Origin: Wallemia ichthyophaga EXF-994
Lineage: Eukaryota > Fungi > Basidiomycota
Direction of reading: 5' to 3'
DNA length: 32,000 nt
Assembly (NCBI RefSeq): GCF_000400465.1
Contig: NW_008806274.1
Span: 180,244 to 212,243 of the forward strand
Made by a program: the position numbers and the translations under genes
Notes under the pieces: model-generated
Told to the model about the DNA's origin: nothing
Database searches by the model: none
Seen by the model: only the letters and a program-made list of their open reading frames with translations
Part shown: one piece after another, positions 19,306-27,927 of the stretch
Numbering within the stretch: position 1 is the first letter of the stretch
Layout of the letters: every line of letters starts with the position of its first letter

Positions 19306-19821
19306 ATGCATCTATTTCTTCTTGTTTTCCTTCTCGTTATCGCTATCGCTATCATACATGCCTCTCCTCTCATAACTCCATCAGCCATGGCATCCACAGC
19401 ACCCACAAAACACCTCGCTAGCTGCATTTTCTGCAAGATCATTGCAGGCGAAATTCCTTCATTCACCCTCTTGTCGAATGACAAAGTGCACGCTTTCATG
19501 GACATTGGGCCAATTGCTAAGAACCACGCACTCGTGATTCCAAAATATCACGCTCCACGCTTCACAGACGTGCCTGACGATTACGCCGCAGAGCTTCTGC
19601 CTGCCGCTAAGAAAGTTGCTAAGGCTATTGGCTGCGACGAGTACAATATCCTCCAGAACAACGGCAGGAATGCGCATCAAGTGGTTGATCACGTGCACTT
19701 CCACATCATCCCCAAAGACGAAGATACTGATGACTCTGGTTTGGTTGTCGGCTGGCCTACGCAGGGACTCAGTATGGATCAGATCAAGGAGGAATATGAG
19801 AAGGTTAAGGCACGTATGTAA
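19306..19821 (+). CDS. HNT1: HIT-family nucleotide hydrolase Hint1/Hnt1 (conserved start probably 19387)
   Basis: CIFCKIIAGEIPS, AFMDIGP...HALVIPKYH, YNILQNNG..AHQVVDHVHFHIIPK (HIT motif). Confidence 0.93.
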   Translation: MHLFLLVFLLVIAIAIIHASPLITPSAMASTAPTKHLASCIFCKIIAGEIPSFTLLSNDKVHAFMDIGPIAKNHALVIPKYHAPRFTDVPDDYAAELLPAAKKVAKAIGCDEYNILQNNGRNAHQVVDHVHFHIIPKDEDTDDSGLVVGWPTQGLSMDQIKEEYEKVKARM

Positions 19822-19886
19822 CTGGTTCATTGAGACAGAAACGAGAAAGAATACATTTACTATGAAATCACTCCAATCACCTCCAA

Positions 19887-21037
19887 TCAATCCCATCCCA
19901 TTCCTATTTTAGCTATTTTAATCGGGTCCGCCGCGAGTCCGATGACGCATGCCGCGAGATAGACCACTGCGAGTGAAAGAAGGGCGGTGATTGGGTGGAA
20001 GTTGTCGAGCAACTTGAGCACGTCGCCTGATGTCTTCAACGAGGCAATAGTATCATCTTTCTCGCGCAGCTGCTGTGTGGCAGTGCTGAGAGCCATGTGA
20101 ATCTGCTCACATTCTCGTATAGTCTCGTCACACTCGCCTTTCACCACTCCCACCTCGCTTTCTAGCTCCTCCGCACGTGTCTCCGCATTAATCCGCGACT
20201 GGTCGAGGTGGTAAATGGTGTCGAGGTACTCGCTGTGTTTGTCGCGCAACTCACACACCTCCTTGTCCAGGGTATGGTGGTTTAGTGCGAGCTGCTCGAG
20301 CTCCTCTCTATGTGTCTCGTTGAGGTGGCTCAGTGTCTCCGCGTGCGCTGTGTGCGACTCGTGCAGCGCGTTCTCAGCTTCTTCGAGATGGATGCGTAGT
20401 GCGTTCAAATCCTCTTCTGTTGTCTTGTGTAGCGTGTCATACTCGCTTATCAAGTTTTGGTATTTGTGCTTGATATCTGCACATTCCTCTTCTGATTTCT
20501 AATTCCATTTAGTTAAACTTCCCGTGTTTGCACATATGTCTCACCTTTCTCAGCCTCCGCTGTGCCTTTGCGACCTGGATTGGAAAGTGAGTCAGGGCAA
20601 CACCCCACCTACAGTGAGACAGATGAACACACCTGCTTAAACATGAGTGCTTTTGCATCCCATTTTTTATCCATGTCATTTAGAATGACATGTAGCAGCC
20701 TCTTAGCGTCTTTATTGGATTTGTAGTCCATATAGCTCGACATACCGCCGATGTTATTTGGTAGAGTAGTCGATGAGAGTATGCTGCTAGCGTTGGTATT
20801 GGTCGGATGTGCGACTGCCTGTGGCGTTTGCCTATCCCCTTCTGCGTCTGCTTCAACACCTTCACCTACAATGGGTTGGATAGGAGACTCTTCGTAACTC
20901 TCGCGCGTAATCTCCACCATACCATCGATACCTTCCATACCCTCAATACCTTCAAATCCTTCAAAACTCTCACTTTCTCGCGCTTTTTCTTTTTCTTTCA
21001 ATTTCGTTGTGGTCATCGTTCGGTGGTAAACAGTCAT
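19887..21037 (-). CDS. Hypothetical coiled-coil protein with C-terminal transmembrane anchor, 3 exons (21037 or 21016 to 20633, 20574-20545, 20498-19887)
   Basis: In-frame introns 20632-20575 and 20544-20499 give ...MFKQ|VAKAQRRLRK|KSEEECADIK...; long E/L-rich heptad region; TM segment ALLSLAVVYLAACVIGLAA near the C-terminus. Start codon uncertain. Confidence 0.7.
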
Positions 21038-21069
21038 CACGCATATCACAGCAATCACGGGAATCAATC

Positions 21070-21486
21070 ATGGCACCACCGACAAAGAAGAGATCAAATA
21101 GCTTCATAGAGAACAGTGACGAGGAAGTGGGCGATAAGCCTTCGAGCAAATCTGTCAGAAAGGAACACACGGCTGAGACGGAGGAGGGCGCAAAAACAGA
21201 CACACCCAACACACCCAAACAAACCGCAAATGGCGTGGAAATTGATCAAAACAAGGAAGGGGATAAGTTCTTTGAAGTCGGTAACAAAAGATCACGTAGA
21301 GTGACTGTCTCCTCGTTCAAAAACACACCGCTTATCGATATCAGAGAATTCTATACGAATAAAGAGGGAGAGTCAGCTCCAGGTAAAAAAGGCGTATCAC
21401 TTAAACCGGATGAGCTGCAACTCATCGTCGACAACCACGCTTCTATCCAGGAGATGCTCGATGGTCTTAATATTAAACGCAAATAA
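21070..21486 (+). CDS. SUB1: Transcriptional coactivator PC4/Sub1 (ssDNA-binding)
   Basis: RRVTVSSFKNTPLIDIREFYTNKEGESAPGKKGVSL matches the PC4 domain. Confidence 0.92.
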   Translation: MAPPTKKRSNSFIENSDEEVGDKPSSKSVRKEHTAETEEGAKTDTPNTPKQTANGVEIDQNKEGDKFFEVGNKRSRRVTVSSFKNTPLIDIREFYTNKEGESAPGKKGVSLKPDELQLIVDNHASIQEMLDGLNIKRK

Positions 21487-21544
21487 GCGTGCTATGTAAT
21501 TATCTTGTAAATAAGTTATGCATCGTCTAGTGTAGTCTATTGTC

Positions 21545-21602
21545 ATTCTAATCAGTAATTTAATTAGTATTCTAATCAGTAATTTAATTAGAATTCTAAT
21601 CA
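21545..21602. repeat. Tandem repeat, 24-nt unit ATTCTAATCAGTAATTTAATTAG(T/A), about 2.4 copies
   Basis: Units at 21545-21568, 21569-21592 and a partial copy at 21593-21602. Confidence 0.9.
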
Positions 21603-23245
21603 AAACCTCATCTTCTTATTCGGCCAGTTGCTCCAATTACTCTCATTACTTTCATCCATCTCACTTAACTCATTACTCTCCCCTCTCTCACTCCCTTGAT
21701 CCTGCGGTTGGAGCATCGCAAGCAAATCCATTGTCTCTGCACCACTCGCACTATCATTTGCATCCATTATCTGACCTTGGTTCTGATTAGCCAGCATAGC
21801 CAGCAGACTATTCATGCTATTTTGTTGTGTCTGTTGGGCAGCTTCTTCTTCCTCTTTCTTCTTCCGCTCCTTCTGCTCCATCTGCTCCCTTTGCTCCCTC
21901 TCAGCTTCTGCCTTCTTCTGAGCCTGTATACGAGCAGCCGAGGTAGTTGATTTAGATTGCTGTTGCTGTATAGCTGCAAACCCAGTTCCGAGTCCTTTAC
22001 CATTACTCAACCTCTCGAAAGCCTTTGAAGAGATGGTGTTATGTAGAAAAGTGAGAACGTTAGTAAACGGCACAACTCGCAACCCTTGCAGCTGCTCCTT
22101 GCTGACCCCACCGAATATATCCGGGTGAAGTAACAATGTCCCTGCGTTATTCATTGTTATTGGCATTTGCGGCTGTTTGAGATTCTGCACTTTCATATTA
22201 ACGTGCATATCCGGTGCAAGTGAGCTGATAGCGGCTGTGCTCTGCGTCGCCATAGCTTTAGCTGCTTTGGCTACATCGTTCTTAGCATGCGATGGCTGTG
22301 TCTTGTTCGCCGCAATCGACAGCTGGATGGAACGGGGTGAGAGGGCCTTATTCGCTAGCCATGTCTCGAATATGTGCGTAGTTGTCCATTTCGTCGTGTA
22401 TTGATTCGCACTAGCCTCCATTTTGTGGTATTGCTTCCCACTCGCGAGGTGCAACAAAATTGCTGTCTGTGGATATAGTCAGTAGACACTCCCTTCAATT
22501 TGTTCGCCCAACATACCTGCCAACCACTGTCTCTGTTCTGGGAAAACCACTCATACTTGTGCATCAACCGCTCGCATATTTCCCCTGCGGATAGCTTAAC
22601 ACCTGCGTCGTGCAGTTCAGCATTGATGAGTGTGGTGTAGGCGACATTCGGTCTGAGGTTGTTGTTGAGAGTGAGGTGAGTAGCTTGGGGGTGGGTTGGT
22701 ATGTTGGAGGGGGTGTGGGTGTTAGATTTGGAGGTTGTTGGTGCTGGTGCTACTCCAGCTCCTGATGCTGCACCTCCTACACCCATTCCACCCGCCTTTG
22801 CCGCCTTTTTGCTTGGCTGCTTCGTCGACGTCGCTATCATGTCGTGCTCAGCAGGCATGATGAACCAGAACACCTTGGTGGCTATCTGTATCTTGACCCT
22901 CCGCGCTAGCTCGATCCGCGCACCTCTGCCATACCACAATCCATCGACCCAGAGGCCATTGTTTGAGTGCACGTTGAGATTGAACAGCTGCGTCTCGAAA
23001 TCGTAGCTGATGCTGGCGTGCAGCCGGCTGATGGATTTCGAGGCGCCGAGGTCGACGTCTACCGCTGGAGGAGGAGAATTGGGTGACGTTGTCGCCGTCG
23101 TAGCCGCTGTCTTGGTCGCTGCTATCGCGCACCGCCTGCCTATATTAATAGAGAGGCATTGAAGATAGTAAGCGTAATCCTCTTGCTTGAATTGCAGCTT
23201 GGCGTATGCGGGGATCGTCTCGTAGCCAGCCCTCTTTACGGCCAT
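21600..23245 (-). CDS. FHL1: FHA + (degenerate) forkhead domain transcription factor, Fhl1-like, 2 exons (23245-22517, 22466-21600)
   Basis: AYAKLQF...YYLQCLSINIGRR...DVDLGASKSISRLHASISYDFE...NNGLWVDG...KIQI...FWFIMP closely follows the Fhl1 FHA. RPNVAYTTLI...LSAGEICERLMHKYEWF....GWQ is forkhead helices 1-2. Intron 22516-22467 (GTATGT...ACTGAC...CAG). Orthology assignment is inference. Confidence 0.8.
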
Positions 23246-23510
23246 GTAATATAGAGCAAGCTGGAGATGACTGTGGATGCACAAGGAACAAAGCGAGTGA
23301 AGGGAGTGTGTGGATGGTGTTTTTGTGTATGTGTATATGTACAAGCTCTATACCAATTCAATCAGTGCTCGTAACATATTATGTCGTGTTCCTGCCCATG
23401 TTTTACAAGCTGAGATAAATGCTCCGAGATGCATAAATCCATTAAATGCATTCAGTACACACCTTCTGCTTTCCTTTTCGAGCCTCCGCGGAACGTAAAT
23501 CACGTGCCTT

Positions 23511-23532
23511 GCACCTTACGCACCTTACGCAC
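23511..23532. repeat. Short direct repeat (GCACCTTAC)x2.4 next to a CACGTG box (23501-23506)
   Basis: Read directly in the intergenic sequence upstream of the FHL1-like gene. Confidence 0.7.
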
Positions 23533-23954
23533 ATCACGTAACTGAGATCTGGCCAAAGAATTACGGAAATTGCGTGCGCATTAAAAATCGAGAACATGAA
23601 TAATAAAAGATCGTGATACAACTTACTGCGCTTGAATACTTAGTGTTCCACTTTAAATTCGTGGGGCTGTACAAATGTACAAATATAGACACAGTTAAAC
23701 ATGTCAAGGAATAGCGTACAATCGATAACAGCCGAGCGGAATGGAATTTTGTGTCAGATAGGTGTCAATCAGCCGAATATTCGATCGATACGGACTGATA
23801 ACGGATGAACTGAATATTTCAACGAAAAATTGAATATAACTACGAAGAAAGGTGCTATGAGGGTGTAATTTACATTAAAATAATCGGCCAGATGATCCGT
23901 ATTGGGTAGGTATTTTTATTGCGCAGATTCCATACCAATTACGTAGTTGCGGAC

Positions 23955-23972
23955 GTCTGGAATGTCTGGAAT
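23955..23972. repeat. Short direct repeat (GTCTGGAAT)x2
   Basis: Read directly, about 100 bp upstream of the gene starting at 24068. Confidence 0.7.
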
Positions 23973-24067
23973 TTGCGCAGCACGAAATCTCGACCAAAAA
24001 GGTAGTCAACGAATTAATACCTCTTGCAACTAAACAATCAAACGACTTAATTCAAACTCAGCCCAAA

Positions 24068-25270
24068 AGTTAGTATTAGTCTACACGATTACCCCTCACT
24101 CACAACGCTGCAGTGCTTCTTCGCGTCGATCCAGCAAACAACCTCCCACCAGTCATTTATCAACTGGCATTCACTCACTCTGTCGCCTATCCTAGCAGCT
24201 GGCTTGCTAGGTCTTTGGAGGCACAACCACTCGCACTCGAGCGCAACAAGCCGATGGTCGCCGACAAATCATCGTGGATTATCCACCTTGTCAACCAAGT
24301 CACCTTCGACCTCTCCCATAAGACTGTCAGAGTTGAGCTCACTGAGGAGTCTTACCATGAGCCAATCAACGTGACACTCAGCGGCGATAGCCTGGATAAC
24401 GTCGCTTCCATCGTCACTGACGTGCAGGATGCATGTGCTCTCGCCCGTGAAGAGCAGGAGCAGGCCAAGGAAATCAAAAACAGATCCCTCGAACTGTCAA
24501 GATCAAGAAGCTCTTCTACAAGCTCAAACGAATCTAACCAGTCGAACAACTTTATCGCCTCAGTTTTCTCAATCTTCGGCGGTACTGGTGGGGGTGCTCG
24601 TAGTGATGCTAGCAACGCTAGCCACTCCCGGTCATCTTCCCCAACGCCTTCTTCAACATCAAGCGAGAGCGGTAAAATTAGCGGCACTCAATCTCCATCT
24701 CGTTTGCTGCGCACACAAGCCCGCGCCAAGCTTGCAGATGCATTTAGAAGATACGTCTTACCAGCACTCAAGACGCAGCTTGTTGGGGTTGCAGAAGAGC
24801 ATCCCGAGCACAAATCCAACATCGATTACTACGAATTTCTTGCGTACTCTAAGATAAAAGCGCATGAGCGCGAGGTAGACAGATGTTACGCAGAAGGCAA
24901 AGCCCTCCAACGCCAAATGGATGTCTTGCATGATCCATCGCACCGCTCTCGCAAAGGTGCACTTGCTGTGTTACAAGAGAGCCTCATTTCGAACAACACG
25001 GCTCCCTCGTTACGCACGCTTAAGACACAAGCTGATTCACTCAACAAGCGTCGCCAGAAACTCGAAAACAAGACGGTTACATTGAGGAACACGCTTGATT
25101 CACTCAAGCAGTACACAGCTAAACGCGAAGCTATCGCTAAGGAGCACGCGGCTGAACTGGAGTCGGCATCTCTGCGTAGAAATGGACTGCTTATGGCGTC
25201 GCAAGTCTCACCTAAACCGGCTTCTTTTGCCCCACGTCGCTCTTCCCCACTCAAGCAGGCGAGTGCATGA
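24068..25270 (+). CDS. Hypothetical Ser-rich/coiled-coil protein; probable start is a split A|TG (24068 + 24114-24115), alternative ATG 24254
   Basis: 385-codon open frame; intron 24069-24113 (GTTAGT...ACTCAC...GCAG); helical block RLLRTQARAKLADAFRRYVLPALK and C-terminal coiled coil. No family recognised. Confidence 0.7.
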
Positions 25271-25809
25271 GGACCGCGTGAGCGCCTTTATTAAACACTA
25301 GCAAAATTCTCTTTGCTGCTTCCTTCAAGAGGCTTCCACAAGCAAGACAATTGTTATTTGTCGTTTGTTTCACAGGTAGAAGCATTTTCCAGGCTGTTTT
25401 TGGTTGGAAATATCAGGCTTCCACACCTCTATCTCAATAATTTGCGTTGATAGTGTCTATTATCTTTAATAACCGTTCCGCATTTATTGATAGAACGTCG
25501 TGCCGCTGTCAAGATACTTTCTTTTCGCTTCATTTTCGAGTTTTCAAGTTACTCTGGCTACTCAAGCTGGTTGTGCTACTATTGGCAGGCGTTTCACTCA
25601 TTCAAGTGCACATTCTATGGTTGACAAGCTCCCATTGGATGGCTGAGACTTGATTTAAACTTTTCACACTTTCACAACACATTCTCTGTCTCATATTTTC
25701 GAAACATTTTTCGCTCTTATCATTGTTTTCTCTTGTCAACTTGGTCATTCTTTGAATAAATGCTTCTCATTCTCTTGGTCTTATATTAACGTTTACCTTT
25801 ACTACAATC

Positions 25810-27088
25810 ATGACATCTGTGTTACGCAACATACCTCAAACAATATTCACCCAGGCGAACATCTTACCAGTCAGTCAAGCATCGTACAAGTTGCTACATT
25901 TAGCGACGCTGTTGCGTTTCTACGGATGGATAGCGCCAATGACGATATTGAAGATGGTGATACAGTTTCAAGCGAGGCAGAAGCCAGAACCAGCAGCGAA
26001 ATGGGGGGTGATGAGGGTGATACGGGTGGCATTAGCGAGAGCGTACTCGACGACGACGTATAAGTGGAGTCTGCAGCCGCCCGCGACCATCTCGCAAAGG
26101 CGCTGTGCTCCTGCGACGCACCTAGGTGGTGATCTCAAAGCACACCACATCTCCGTCAAAAAGGCTTCGGACGAGTACTACACGGGCGAGTGTGCAAGTG
26201 CACGTAGATACATTCATCCCGCAATGTCGGTGCCCTGTTTCTGGATCTATCCTCAACACACGCCGTTTGACTTGAGCAATATCCATGAAGAGAAAGTGGT
26301 GAGTGTGGATAGTGGAGAGCGGGAGGCTTTATGTGGATTATACAATCTAACACGCTACACTCCACCAGATACTCTTCTTGCATGGCGGCGGGTACATTAG
26401 TGAACACCCACTTAGCCTACCTGCAGGCGCGTATGGGGTGCGTGAGACTGGTCACAAATGCCTGGCCGTCAACTACCGTCTCTCCGACGGAATAAACGGC
26501 CATCCGGCGCCATTGCAGGATTGCGTCACGGCTTATGTTTATCTCACACAGACACTCGGTGTGAGGGGAGAGAATGTGGCAGTCGTCGGTGACAGTGCGG
26601 GTGGGAACGCTGCAAATGCTCTCATTTTCCATCTCCTCCAACTCAAGCAGGAAGGGACCGCTATCACTCTTCCCCGCTTCGTTAGTCTGATCAGCCCATG
26701 GAGCGATATGACAGCGACGTTTCCGAGCATCGCGGGGAATAGGGAATGCGACGTACTTCCCCCCTTCTCTTCCCAGTCTGAACTCGTCCGCTCACATCTC
26801 AAGTGGACACCGGAGAGCATCGCGAATAAGTACAACTCACCAGCCTTGCAAGAACATGTCGCTTTTAGGGGATGGCAGGAACACACTCTCAAAGTACACA
26901 TTCAGGTGGGCCAGGCTGAGATATTGCGCGATGAGGGCGTCGCTCTGGCTCAGCTACTGAGGGATGCTGGTGTCGGAACGCTGTTTACCATGATAGAGGG
27001 AGAGGTGCATGATGCTGTAAACATCAATCCACACGCTGAGTTGGCTAAGAGGGATTTCCTTATGGGATTACAGTGGGGAGGATTCTAG
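25810..27088 (+). CDS. Alpha/beta hydrolase, hormone-sensitive-lipase (HSL) family esterase/lipase, 2 exons (25810-26298, 26369-27088)
   Basis: ILFLHGGGY (oxyanion hole, after intron 26299-26368), AVNYRL, PLQDCVTAYVYL, GDSAGGN (nucleophile), LISPWSD, EILRDEG, GEVHD (catalytic His). Confidence 0.9.
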
Positions 27089-27145
27089 TAGATGATTTAA
27101 AAGAGTTTTTAAGTGTAAATTAATGAATACATTTTCGGTTCATGT

Positions 27146-27553
27146 CTACTCGGCGGTGCCATTCTGCAAAGCCTCAATGTGACCTGCTTTTGAGTTGAGG
27201 AATTCGTGCTTGCTGCTGGCCCAGTAGTAGATACCATAACCAATCGCAAATGGGATACCAGAGTAAGGGAGTTGCTTTGCTAGTCTCTTGTATCCGTTGA
27301 AGATGTAACCATTGAGTGCACCTGCGAATGGACGCTGTTGGAATGCAGAAATTCCATATTGCACAATACCGCGTTGCTTTGGTGAGCCTGCGTGATGTGA
27401 GTTGCGTATCGAGATATTTGAGCTCAACACCCACCAATGGCACCCCACCAGCCCATATAAGACTTGCCTGTTGGCATACTAGGGGCTGTTAAAATAGCTT
27501 CAAGGATGCAAGTATAGCACTCACCCGCCATTCTGAATTCCAGTTGCTCTCAT
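27146..27553 (-). CDS. QCR8: Cytochrome bc1 complex subunit 8, 3 exons (27553-27525, 27478-27435, 27387-27146)
   Basis: Spliced product [47 protein letters not shown]...Y.WA..KHEFLNSKAG. Introns 27524-27479 and 27434-27388. Confidence 0.93.
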
Positions 27554-27685
27554 TGGCGCTGTTCGATGTAGAGAAGAAAGAGAGTGGCAAGAGGAGGTGC
27601 AGCGAGATTCATAGAATCGAATGAAGGGATAGCAGCGGTTGATGTACAACGTTTATATACCACTGAGTTGCCCACAGAATTCATT

Positions 27686-27690
27686 CCAAT
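27686..27690. promoter_or_regulatory. CCAAT box in the QCR8/MIR1 divergent promoter
   Basis: TTCCAATGA near the middle of the 374-bp interval. Candidate HAP/CBC complex site; a pentamer alone is weak evidence. Confidence 0.3.
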
Positions 27691-27927
27691 GATCAAACAA
27701 TCCAAATGGCAAATGGATCTACGCGTATACAATAAAAGTGCAGTAAATATCTCCTAAACAACTCATTTCTCCACTCCCCCTATTCTTAAATCCTTTTATA
27801 GCCGAGAATTTATAATTTTAAAAATCGTGCATGACCAGAGCATTTGCGCCAACCACCCCTTGTCTTCGTATTTCAAAAAGCGTGAGTGGGCGGTACGTGC
27901 GTAAAATAAGCTAAAACCCACAGAATA

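Noticed and set aside
22355-23344. ORF-track starts and ends such as 23344, 30296, 30173, 11755 and 21067
   Set aside because: They are upstream extensions or read-through into introns; homology-consistent starts and spliced ends are given in the features.
25447-25803. Short ORFs between the split-ATG gene and the esterase
   Set aside because: T-rich UTR or promoter composition with no motifs.
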